Assembly (NCBI GenBank): GCA_904063045.1
Contig: CAJFCJ010000020.1
Span: forward strand, 426,916 to 490,915
DNA: 64,000 nt
Direction of reading: 5' to 3'
Source: Dimorphilus gyrociliatus
Lineage: Eukaryota > Animalia > Annelida
Shown: piece by piece, positions 39,724-52,564 of the stretch
Layout of the letters: each line of letters begins with the position of its first letter
Numbering within the stretch: position 1 is the stretch's first letter
Made by a program: the position numbers and the translations under genes
Notes under the pieces: model-generated
Told to the model about the DNA's origin: nothing
Databases searched by the model: none
Seen by the model: only the letters and a program-made list of their open reading frames with translations

Positions 39724-41126
39724 GCCCCATCTTATTCAAAACCTAACGTTCTACGTAACACTAAATTGAACAGATATGCTTAAAAAGAATTTCCCAGACA
39801 CTATAAATTCCCATAGTTAGGTGAAAAGGCATTTTCTTAAATACAAATGGTTAATAAAAGGCACTGATATGAATGACTTATTAAATTGCTAAGTGATCTT
39901 GAACAGGTAGAGGACACCTTCAGCCACACCCAAGCAATTATTCCCCTCGCTATCTCACTAATATTTATTCAAGATAGCAGCATGTAGAAAAAGGCGTCAC
40001 CTTTACAAATGTATATATCGTCTATTGCCCTGAATTAAGTGCTCGTGAAAGTATGGTGACTTTGAAATTTAAGTCATTAAACGAAATATCATTCGTTGTT
40101 CTATGCTCCTTATTTATTAAATATATAATGCAGGCCTATTTAATTCGTCTATAACAAGTTAAATATAATCGTGTTATATACATCTGTATATATTTTGTTG
40201 TTGTTTACTTATATGACTTTACTCATAGAACTCACATTTGGACGCTATTGTTTTGTAATTCAAACTGTTTTCGAGTGCAAATGTTCAAAAAGGTTTTCCT
40301 TTCATAAACGTAGTAATGTAAAATAGATGTGTTTAGTTTGACTGATTGAATACAAAAATTTTTATAAATGACTATTACTCATAATACTAATTTATTCATG
40401 AAATTGCATTTACTCGTATAAATGTATCTCTTGTAAATGTATATATAATCTATAGAATGGAATCAATCTCTACTCTAAAAGCACTGTGTGTACATTTGTT
40501 TCAGTTATGTACCCGTGTATATGTAGAAAATAGAGGGCGCCTCTATTTATCTCTCCAGAGATGGTCTTTGAACAAGAAATACGTTTCCTTTTTTATTTAT
40601 TATATAGTTAGTGGATAAAGAAAAACACACAGGAACGAGGAGATAATCTTCCTCTTTTTTTTTTTTGTTCTATTTTTACAAATAGTACAAGTATATGTAT
40701 TTAAAAAAAACGTTAAGCAGTTTCATTCCCTTTCTTCTTTCTTAGTCCTTCGTATTTTGTTCTTCTTCTTTCATTATCTATGTTCTTATATATCCTTTTC
40801 TTGAAATATAGAGAAAAAAAATCAGTTTCTTAGATGAGCATATTGAAATTTTTTCTCTTATTTCTTCTTTTATTTCAAATTAGGAAAATTCTTTGATTTC
40901 GGTTTCTTAGCAACATTGCAAATTCGCATCAGTCTCATTACAAATGATAAACGGTCGAGAGAGGTATCCTCCGATGACCAAAATAATAAGAATCGTGCGC
41001 CTTCTCGCCTCGGACTCCTTCATGAATTTACAATGAGGATGGGAGAGAGAGAGAGAGAGTTTTGTGAGTGGAAAATATATTGAAGGAAAGACTGCTGTAG
41101 ATAAAACAATATGAGTAAATGTAGAT

Positions 41127-41468
41127 TCAAAGTTTTCCATAGTCGTATCTTGGCTTCTCCAAACTATTCAAATGAGCAGACGTAACAAAAGTAGATGGTC
41201 TAGTCGGTCTTATTCTTCTATTAACCCTTCTTCTTCTCTTTTTTATTCTTCTTGATAATTTTTTCACGCGTCGTGGCATTCCATAGATTGGGGTTGGCGA
41301 TGCTACTTGAGACAGTTCTCCTCTGACCCCATTTATCTGAGCCAAGCGTCTTCCCATAGGCCTAAAGTCTTCAGCGGAACTCTCTAACTCTTGAAATTGC
41401 TTCACAAAGATTACCGAAATAAGAAAAAAAAATACAACTGCATAAATTCTATTCCTCGAAATGCTCAT
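41127..41468 (-). CDS. Small orphan protein (113 aa from ATG 41468): N-terminal hydrophobic signal or anchor, GRR site and a very basic segment
   Basis: Part of a 147-codon ORF that is relatively GC-rich. Sequence: MSISRNRIYAVVFFFLISVIFVKQFQELESSAEDFRPMGRR...PRRVKKLSRRIKKRRRRVNRRIRP...YDYGKL*. A possible 70-nt intron at 41164..41095 would give an alternative C-terminus ending at 40907. Confidence 0.55.
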   Translation of the reverse strand: MSISRNRIYAVVFFFLISVIFVKQFQELESSAEDFRPMGRRLAQINGVRGELSQVASPTPIYGMPRRVKKLSRRIKKRRRRVNRRIRPTRPSTFVTSAHLNSLEKPRYDYGKL

Positions 41469-44400
41469 TAACAAAAACAACTTATTCAAAACGGTTAATC
41501 TTGAAAAAACAAGCCATAAATCTGTTGATAGAAGCCGTTTAAACCGAATGGCGTATTTACGAGACAACAACGCCGTCTAGCGTAAAAGCGAAATCCAACC
41601 CGACTTTGGTGATTAGCTGTAGATGACTGATTGCCATCTGGGAATTGTCTATGTTTATTCAATTTCTTTTCTTTTTCATGCAACTAACGGAGGGAGGAAA
41701 AATTGATAGAAAAAGTAAAACAGAAAAACTGGAAAAATAGGAAGAGTGGCAACTAAAAATTTATTAGACACTCATCCGTAGGCCTACTAAAGCTAGTTTT
41801 ATTATCGAACGCTTAAAAAACACGAGCATTGTCTAAGTTTATTTATAAAAGTAACATTCGCAATAACGACGTTGATGAATATTGATATTTGCGGTGATGT
41901 CATCGCTTATAATATTGCATATTGCTAAATTTACCATTGCCGTTAACCTTGTTATATATTACTTTTTCCTTTGTAGAGTACTCGCTGATTCTTTATCCGC
42001 ACCTATCCAACCTTCTCATATCTTCTATTCTCTTTTTCTTTTTTCTTTCAACTCATTTCAGTTTTCAAATCTTTTCCTTTTCCAAAAATATCTTGTAGTT
42101 TAACCTTCAACTAAAAATATAACAAAAATTTATATAGAAAGATGGGCGTTACATTTGTTGATTTTATAGAAGAATAATTTAATGCTATTTTTTATATCAT
42201 AAAAGAACTAAAAAGCGTCCTTTTATCATTATGGATATAGTATACATTATACGTAATCGTCTATGTATACAATATACAGTAAGTTTGTCTATATTTTTCC
42301 TATGTACAGTATATATCTTAGCTGTACGGCGTTCTTTTTAAATATTCACGAACGGCTTCAATTAAAACCCGTCAACGTCCGCAACGGCTGGGGGGCGCAT
42401 GAGGTACATACATGCATATATAATATTCTTTTATACGATTTACATATATATTAGTAAAGTATATATTCTACAATAAAGGATTAAATTACGCTCGCCTCCT
42501 ACAAGCATGTAAGTGTCAATCAGTCCAAGTGATATGTCAAGCGAAGCACGTGACGACGTCTATGAGAAAAAATATTTGAAAAGAATATAGGAGAGGTCTG
42601 GAAACGACGGAGAATCTCTGAAAATAACTAATAGGCTTTACAGAAGCGTAAAGGAAATAAATTAGCTTGTTTGGACAACGGAAGAAGAGAAAAAGGAAAC
42701 GACGTTTGCAAGCATAAATTCACTCTCTTATAACAAGTCTTTAAGTCAAAGGAAAAAAGAGAGAATGGAATGAAATGTCTTTACTAATCGTACTCTCTTC
42801 ACTTTCTTTCTCTCTTTTTTTATTCTCCACTATCCAATGCTGTTTGCTAGTAGTTTTTTTTGCATTATTCACTCAATATCTCTTGTAAAAATTAGGCTGG
42901 GTTGAGGGGTTACTTTTCTCCCTTGAGTATGGGGCCCTACTCGCACTCTAATTCATTACGTTTTGCCAACTGTGCCAACCCGCCGTGGCTTATTCGAAAA
43001 TAAGGCTCTTTCATTTCCTATCTGTTTCATTCTAATTTACGCACTTCATATGCTCTCTTCTCTCCAGTCAAAGAGACAAACAAAATACTGTATGAACTTT
43101 TCTCAGCTTCTGTTCTGTAGCCCCTCCCCTTCTTCATCTTATATCGTTTCTTTGAAAAGAACGTTAAGCAAATTATAAAGACAAATGCCACGTGATTTAA
43201 TATATCATTTTAGCCCCATTACCTTTCCAACCGAAAAAAAATGTTTATAATCGTTCTAATGGATAAAGTAGTCCGTTTGATTCGCGTGAGTTGTTCAATA
43301 GACCGAAACTATATACAGAATCCAAATGCACACACGAGCTTTTCCTGTCAATAACATTTTACGGAACATTATCGATTTAGAGGCCGCTCTCCATGCCATT
43401 TACAACCCACCAAATACCCTTATACCCCTCCTCTACCACTCTTATCTTCAATTCTTTTCCAGAGAAAAAAATCCCCTCTATTATTTTAGACGAAAGACGC
43501 TCTTGACAAGAGGAAATAAATAGAAAAGATACTTTCAGACGTCAACAGCAGGACAAAAAACTGGGATCCAAACCAAGTAATAAAGAGACGGCAATCAATC
43601 GTTTATAGTACTAAAGAGAACGCTCCGCTTGACAAAATTATTGGCGATTGTCGAAATTGGCTTGCTGTCCGATTGCGGTCTTTTATACCCGTTTAATCTT
43701 ATTCTCTTTATTTCCTTTTTATTATTTTTTCTTCTGTTTTTTTGTTTCACCCTTGACCTTATTACGTTGAACTTTTATTTTAGACTTTTCTCATAGCATA
43801 ATAAACGCTCGTTTTCTAGTCTCCTTTGTAGATTTTAAAAGTTCCTTTCCGCCTTCAGACAATCAATATGTCGATTGGTTTCCCACCACAATTTACAATA
43901 TTATTACATCCGATTGCTATTGACATTTTATATATTTAGGCCATTTAATTTTTGTTTTTGCTCTTTTGTTTCCAACTATATTGAATAAACGATATAGCAC
44001 ATCATATTTTATTTTTCATTAGTATTCTGCTTATTAGCGATTATCAACAGATGGCGCTTAATACTAGATCAATTTAATACAAGCTTTCCCTCTCACGTCT
44101 TTAAAAGGAAAGCAAAGAAAACAAACGAAATAATAAAACAGAATGTTTCTTTTACTCAATTTCAACCATCTTCATAGAATTGTCTATTAAGGAAAAAAAG
44201 ACAGAATATGTTTTGGGAACGCTTAACGGTGCGTTAAGCGAAAGACGCCCAAGCGAGACTGACGTCCAATGCATTTAAAGTAACTCATGTAATGAAATAA
44301 AAGCACTAACCTTGAAATTGTGAACTTTTTGCGAATATTAAACGAATTGTACAAGTATTAGCTTGACTATCTAATTATAGTAATTTTGAATATTTATCAT

Positions 44401-45598
44401 ACTTATTTAAAGCTTTTAACAGGATCCCACGTGACCTTATTTGAGAAGTATACGTTAGATTACGTTCTTAAAGACGCTGTCGATCTATAATGCATGCAGT
44501 CAATTAATCACACAACATCGACTTTAAGTGCATTACACTTCACTTCATATAAGGATTATTTATTTTGTTACCTTATTTAAAAAAATCCACCTCTTTTCTC
44601 CCTTTTCTTGTAAACTTTAACCCAATTTTAAAGTTATTTCCGCTCCATATTTTGCTATTATGGATTTTGTCTATCGGTCAAAAAGAGAACGTATTATTTT
44701 TCTCAATAAATAATTTAGAAGACAAGAGCAAAGTGGGAAAAGAGTATTAATTAATAAATCAATAAATGAAGAGCATAAGCTTAACAATCTATGTATCGTG
44801 ATATATTATTAGGTAAATCAAACAAAATAAACTCAATCAAAATAGACAAAAAGCAGGAAAGACAATATAAAATAATGTATATGTGTCATAGAAGTTATAA
44901 TACAAGGTTAAGATGCTATATCTTGTAATAAAGAGGGGATTTGAAACTAGGTAAAAATCCTCCTATATATTTATATTTATATTTAGTATGAAGAAAGGAT
45001 TATATAAAATAAATATAAAACGAGAATGATAAAATGATGATTTGTCTATCACAAAAGACCTTTTAGCGGTCTGCTATTTATGATTATACAATAACCCGTT
45101 GAAAATCCATTACTTTGTCATTTAAGGGGGGGAGGGATTGAATCGAATTTCAAATGATCTGAATATACGTATTGATCGTTTTTAAAATAAGAATCATATA
45201 AAAAAAATGATTTATATTATATTATATTAATAAATTATTAATAATAGGTAATTATGTAATTTACAACTGAAAAATTGCTCATAACTGGATTATATTACAA
45301 ACGAATCAAGTTTTGCAATCGAATTGTTATCTTTGTAAATATTGAAATATCCTGCGATCTATCATTTTATAAATTTCCTATAGAGATTACTCACTCTATT
45401 TGATTGATGAAATAATAGAAAAAAGCTTGAAATTTTACTATTTCTCTATCTATCTATCTATCTATTAATAATCCTCTTTTAAAACTAACACATCGGGTTT
45501 TCTATAGAATGGTTGGCAGCAAATTGGAAGAGGAATTTTGTATTTATATAAATTAATTGGAAATTGAACATTAGTGGTGATAATGGGAGAAATTATCA

Positions 45599-45636
<38 letters not shown>

Positions 45637-46164
45637 ATGTATTAAGTGAGTGTGGAGGAGAAGAAATATAAATCTAGTTCACTATTAAACCCAAGCTATT
45701 AATTTGTTAGAGAAATCTAATATTTTTCACACACTTCCATGTAATAGAGTTAATTAAAGAGAAATATTTAAGTTAATACAAATTTATTTGATATTTACAA
45801 GCATTAATACAATAAAAGAATATTATATAGGAAATTAACTAGCTGCCTAAAAAGAACGATATATTAAGTATGATATATGTCTTCCTTCATGATTTACTCC
45901 ATGACCTTTCAATATCTTTGTCTCTCTAGTCCCCATTGATTGAATACTGTTTAAAGTTTTTATTTCAATGTTTACTTCCTTATTGAGATTAGACCATAAA
46001 TAGAAAATGACAATATATAACCAATATGGATATATCAATTAGTATTGTTATTAAAAAAAAGAACTATAATAAATATTTGAATGTAAACTTTGTTGCCAAA
46101 CACAGGATCAGAATATCTACTAATAATAAAAATTTATAACACTAGTCGCAAACATAAAGCAGTC

Positions 46165-46204
<40 letters not shown>

Positions 46205-47274
46205 AATATGTTTATTTGTGGTTTGGTTTATAGCTACTAGATGTCACTATACGGAGAGAATGTTACTTTTTAAATACTTGTATATTGAAGAGCTTTCACA
46301 TATCTATTAATAATCTAAAAAGAAAGGTAATAGATTTATCAATTGGCTCTACATGTATAGTATTTTTTATTGATGTTGCAATAGTCGAAAATGCTGTTAA
46401 GTTAGAATGTTAGTTAGTAAGAAAAGAAAATGAATTAAAGTTTTTTGAACTCTAATCAATGAATTAGTTGAAAAGAATATGTTGTATTTTCCTCATAAAG
46501 TCTAATGTTAATGATAATAGTAATAATAGTAATAAAATACTAAAATGAATATAAAATACCCATAAAATATAGAATAATTGTTGTTTGTTTCCAATTAGTT
46601 CGACTAAGTCTATGCAAAAAGGAAGCAAGGGAAGAAAGTTCACCTCAAACTATATCTATATCATTCTATATACATATATATGGTTAACTTGTTACATAAT
46701 ATAGTATATATTAATAATAGATCATTAGAGTGTACCACTTTTATTTTGATAGTAAACCATTATGAAACAATTAAAAAAAAACCATAACTAACTTTCAACA
46801 TATCTGTATACTATTACAGATACTGTATATACATTATATACAGTATATCTATAAATTTATATAAGTATACAATTTACTATTTTCCTTACATTACAAAGGA
46901 AATAAAGACCTTCTTTTCAACAAAGTATAAATTTAGTACAACTTTCTCAATTCTTTCCAATTCAGCTCACGAATTTTGTTCGAAGGAATAAAAGAAAAAC
47001 AAAAAGCTTTGTATATATAGTTACATATTTTTTATTGTACTTATTTACATAAGTAAATTAAACGATAGTAAGTTTTATTTCAGACTGATTTTCTAAATAA
47101 AAAAAGAATTTAAAGTTACGTAACACGTACCACAAGTGATTCCTTCAAAATTACTGCATCTCTGCCATTGTAGATAGTTCTATATACAAAAATTGTACTA
47201 GATATATAAAATGTACAAACGTGCACATTTTACTGAAATGTAGTTTTCTTTTTTCTAAGGGTAAATATGCACTT

Positions 47275-50200
47275 CTATTCTTCAACATGTTGTTTGGGTT
47301 TCAATGGTGGTGATGGAGGTGATGGAAGAGTTTTGGTAAAACCTGTTTTGCCTAATAGCCAATATGTTTTCATTGTTCCCTTTCCCTTAATTGATACACC
47401 TCCCCTCTCTTCAAGAGAGAAACTTCCATCCTCTCTGAGAAAAAACCCTGTAGTCTCACTTACTTGAATCCGAAGAGCTTTTAAAATTGTAATACAGAAT
47501 ATAAGAGTATATTCAAAAGGGTGTACTTAGATTAATATACAATACCTAGACTTGTGCTCTCCATTCGCGATGCAGTATTAACTGTATCACCAAATAAACA
47601 GTATCTAGGCATCTTTTGCCCAACTATACCTGTATGCATTTATAGTGTAACATAGACTTTCTATTAAAGGAGAATCATAATGATGGAAATTCGTGAGCGT
47701 TACCTGTAACAACCGGACCTGAATGAATTCCAATACGAACGAACACTCTCTTTTCCTCCATATGTTTTATTCGAAAAGTTGTCAAGCAACTTAAAATATC
47801 AAGTGCCATTGTTGCTATTTCAGGGGCATGAGTAGAGAATTCCTGAGGGACGCCGCTAGTTACCTAGTTATTAATGAATCATATTACATGAGTAGCCGAG
47901 GAAAAAAATCACTGATTTATTTATACCATGTAAGCATCTCCAATAGTTTCTACCTGTAAAAAAAATCAGGAGATTTATAAGTAGCTCTATTTAAATGCTA
48001 AAAATCCTCAATGCTTCAAATCAACTTTTCCTAGTATCTCATCTAGAAAAAATTTCAGCTAAACGAATCCCAAAAATAGATACCTTATAAACCTTGTAAT
48101 TATCTATAATAGTGTCAAAGTTTGTATAGAGCTCGTTGAGAAAATCCACAACCTAAATAGAATTATTTTTATATAAATATCTTTTAGAATATTTGAGTAA
48201 ACAATATAGTTTTAGTATATATAAAAAAATTATTTTACCTGTAAAGGTGTACTTTCGGAAGCCATTTGTGTAAAACCAACAATATCTGAAAAGTATATAG
48301 TAACACTCTCGTAAGAACGCGGTGTAACATCCTCATTTGATTTTAAGGCATCTGCAACTTGCTTAGGTAGCATCCTATATAAAAGCATGTCAGTTTTCTT
48401 CTTTTCCTCAGCAAGTTCATTAGTACGCTCTAGTACTTCACTTTCTAATTGATTGGCGTATCTTTCCAACATGTGTACCATCTTGTCCATCACATTAGTT
48501 TCCCTATACGTAAAAATATATTCATAAAGTATTATACAGTATATAGATGGGGAACAATAAATACTTTCCGCCCGACATTTTCTTTAATGCCTTCTTTATT
48601 TCTGAAAAAGTTGGTCTCTTTTCGGGTTCCTCCGACCAACAGCTGATCATTAATTGTAATAGGCTTGGGTTGCAATTAGTATCCGTTAATCTTGGTCTAA
48701 ATGGATTACCAGTTTTATGCTTAATGCATTCAATAATTTCTAGTGAAAAGAAGAAATAGTTGGGTGTTATATTAACTTTATAAATTTAACTGAGAGAATA
48801 CAAGTGCTTGGTTTGTCCTTTATTTTTTACCTTTTGGACTAATAGCGTTTTCGGAATAGAATGGAACATTTCTGGAAATTATTTCCTGAAGAATAATTCC
48901 ATAAGAATAGGCGTCGCCTTGCTGAGTTCCTCTTAGTGCGGAGCAACCGTCTCTTAATAGCTCGGGAGCCGTCCAAAAATAAGCTTATAATAACATCGTT
49001 AGTGAATATTTATTATATACTATATATATTGATGTATACCTTGGTAGAAACAGTCTTCTGAGCCTAAGTCGTTTTTTCTTAGCCAAGGACACCCAAAATC
49101 AGATAACTTTACAATCCATCGACTGTCAACAAGACAATTTCCACTTTTTAGTCTTCCGTGGGAATGTAAGGGACTATTATGCAGGTAGGCCACACCCTAT
49201 ATATGAAATATGAAAATAAAATCTTCAATTTCATCAAATTTCATTATTAGTACGAAAGAATTATAAAAAGTCCTTCCTTACACTTGCTATATCAATTGCA
49301 AATGAAAATTGAAATTCATCTATTAATTTATCATCTCTGGCTAAGACGTCTTGAATACTTCCTCTAGGGCAGTAGTTTTCAATGAAGCTTACATGTGGTT
49401 TCTCAAGACAAAGACCAACGAATTGATTGATATTGTCATGAGTTAAATCTCTCATCTGTAAAGAAAAAAATATGTATAACTCCGATTTATTAAAATATTT
49501 TGCAAGATTGAATTTATTTAAATTAATATTACCGCTTTTAGCTCTACTAACAGTTGTCTTGTCAATCTGATATCGTCATTCTCAATATTCTTTATGGTCA
49601 CGGTCTTACCCTTGTAGAAAAAAGACATTTGAAAAGTAACTCTTTATTTTTACTGCTATATCAAAAGTCATTGACATACCTTATATCTAGCAATACATGA
49701 GAATATTTGCTGAGATGTTTGTTCCCTATAGCTTGTATCATCGTTACTGGAATCATCTGTCATTCTGGACATAATTCTACTAGAGCTTGCGGTTCTAATA
49801 ATTCCTCCCTATTTATTTTGTTGTATTTTTAATATTTTATTATGTAACTAATAATTGAATTGTAAATGACTTTGTAATTTTTCACGTTTTTAGCATCAAT
49901 CAATTCTAGCTGATTATAATTAATCTTCCATAATTCGGTTTGTTGAATTTGATGTTCGTAGTTCTTTTTTCTTTAATGGAAAAATTCAATAATTCGATAT
50001 CTTTATATTATAAAAATTCAATAATTAACAATATTAAATTATACTTTAAGTATGTAGTAACGCCGATTCCAAGTATTGTAAACGATACTGCTATGGCGCA
50101 AACAAAACTAATTATTATTGTGATGGAACTTTTATCTGGAAAATAAGAAACATTTTTATGAATAAGAGAAATATTTCGTCTGTTATTTTAACCCTTTTCA

Positions 50201-51887
50201 TCTGGACAAAATTCATTGTTCCATCCACAATCGGGACCGTCTTTTGGAGGAACGCTTTTATTTCCGGGAAAGATTATCAAAATATCGGAATTAACTGTAA
50301 AAGTTTTTGTCGAATATATATATTCGGCGAAATCTTCGAATAAACCATTTTTGAAATCTTGGAGAGAATAATCGGGATTTCTATCTCCTGTTTCATCGAT
50401 ACTAACTAATCCATCAATACCTTAAGTGTAAATTGTGAAGATGGAAGAAAAGGAAAGTATGGAAGAGAGGAGAGGAGATTATTAAAAAAAATGTATTATT
50501 GAACAGATAAAACATGATCAGAATTTACCTGGATATGTTAAGTTAATCATATTTTTAGCAACTAAACTGCCATTAAACTCATCTCCTCCCGTTTCTAAAG
50601 TTTTGTTCAAGCCAAAAGCATAAAGATAAACCGCATCGTACAAACTTCCAGCATGAACGTCGATAGTTTCATAAAAATTTCCTTGAAAAGGATCTTCCTG
50701 ATTTCGTATTCTCACAAGGTCTTCGAAAGCCTTATATTTTTCTGTATTGGGTTTATTAATATGGACGTTGAGTAGACCTATAAATGCTTCGAACGCTTCC
50801 TCGTCTCTTCCATCATCTCCCATCCAGCTTGATTCTCCTATATAGGCACCTATAATTAAATAAAATATAATGATTCTAATAACGATAATTATTAGATTTT
50901 CTCATTTGAATCACCTCTCTGTAAATTAATAGTAATAAAAGCATATTTTCCGGACGAGGTCATATTTAGACCTTTAGCGAAAAGCATCATCTCTCTAATG
51001 TCTCCTCCGTACGCACAGATGATTACAACTAAGTTGAAAAATATTTCATTATCAATATGTGGATGTTGATTGTAATTAGTAAAATGTGGTTTTGATATTT
51101 AAAAAACCTTTTGATTCTGTGAGTATTAAAGAGAAATAATATCAAAAATATTATGCTATTAACGGTTAGAGTCTATTTTTCTATCAAAAGATAATTATTA
51201 AAATAAAGGTAACATATTACTTCTCGCCTTCTCTTTAACATCTTTCAAGATGGCACTATGAAGAGCTTTTTCTTTTCCTGTAATCTTTACATGACCAGGA
51301 TCAAAACTGTGAAAAACAGGAATATGAACTCCACTAGCTTCCAATTCAACTTTTATCTGGAAAGATGTCAATTGCCAGACATTTTCAGTTGACGAAATTA
51401 TCGCTATGCGCCTCCAATTGAAATATTGAGCAACCGCAACCAACATTGGACTTAGCTTTGAGAATGGTCCAACAGTTCTACAGACTGTTGGATAGCTATT
51501 TTTGTTTGATAGACTGGAGCTGGAACAGCCGTAGGATATTAACGGTAAATTCCAGTGGCTGGCTAAAAGTCCAACAGGCTCGCATACAGCATCACAATAA
51601 CCTCCAATTAAGGCGTGTAAATTTTTTCCATACTTAAACCACATATCAACAACTTTATATAAACCTTGTCCTGCTGAGCATGCTGTATCAGTCCAAAAGA
51701 ATTTTATCTCTCTATCAGGTAATAGATTCTTGTCAGAGTTGATTTTATCAATTGCAATACGCGAAGCACCGGCTATACTCTGACCGATATCCTTTTCTGG
51801 TCCAGAGAATGGTAATAATATGCCTAAATTGATATCCTTAGTAAGAACTAGAGGCCATAGAAATAGAGTATAGCCCAAACGAAACAT
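47275..51887 (-). CDS. Receptor (membrane) guanylyl cyclase, natriuretic-peptide-receptor-like architecture, 1064 aa
   Basis: 18 phase-consistent exons: 51887-51221, 51028-50915, 50849-50529, 50420-50193, 50135-50045, 49970-49871 (3' end could be 49886), 49808-49680, 49610-49533, 49455-49282, 49196-49040, 48983-48831, 48739-48565, 48503-48239, 48152-48084, 47953-47927, 47863-47704, 47629-47546, 47477-47275. Domains: signal peptide, ANF-receptor ligand-binding domain, TM, kinase-homology domain ([31 protein letters not shown]), coiled coil and cyclase. The cyclase has [19 protein letters not shown] and [17 protein letters not shown], with the Glu and Cys that specify GTP. Confidence 0.97.
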
Positions 51888-52564
51888 TTTACTTTTAAGG
51901 ACAATGTTGCTGTTAGGAGAGACAACGCTGAAATGGTGCGGCGGTAAGACGTTTGTGGTTGCGTATAGACGTCACTAACATAATCGTCTGTCACACCTTA
52001 GTAGAAAAAGAAGTATATGGATAATAAGCCCTTGTGAAGCAAGTACTTACTAATTAATTTGGTTTTATTAAGAGGAAACAATAAATTGAAATAACTTTTC
52101 ATGATGTAACGGATAACCTTGCTTTTGTACATCATCCCTTTGAAAGTTTTTGATTTGACGAAAAACCCTTATTCACCTGATAAATTTATATACAATTATT
52201 AAAAGACTTGTTCTTTCGGTTTAGCCGAGTTCTAACTAAAGACAACTAGAAATTATGTAGTATAGCATGCTGTGACAAATCCCTACTAAGTAGAGAAGAA
52301 AAGCGAATATCTTTATGGTATAGGGGGAAAAGTTCTTTGTGCATAGTAAAACGTCGCAATTTTTTTTTCTTTAAAGAGACACACTTTCAACTAAGCGATT
52401 GCCTAACAACAAAAAAAGTGATCTTTGTAAAAAAGTCAAAAAGCCTTGAAGCCAATCTTTCTAAAGCTACTTTAGGCAATAAGAACCAATTCAAGTTTTA
52501 TCCAGTCTTCATCTTAATATCGATATTTTACTCTATTTTTCAAAAATTTCTAACAGTGATTCCA

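Noticed and set aside
43326-43523. 65-aa ORF MHTRAFPVNNILRNIIDLEAALHAIY…
   Set aside because: Short, no splice partners or recognisable motif, and within the chance range for this composition.
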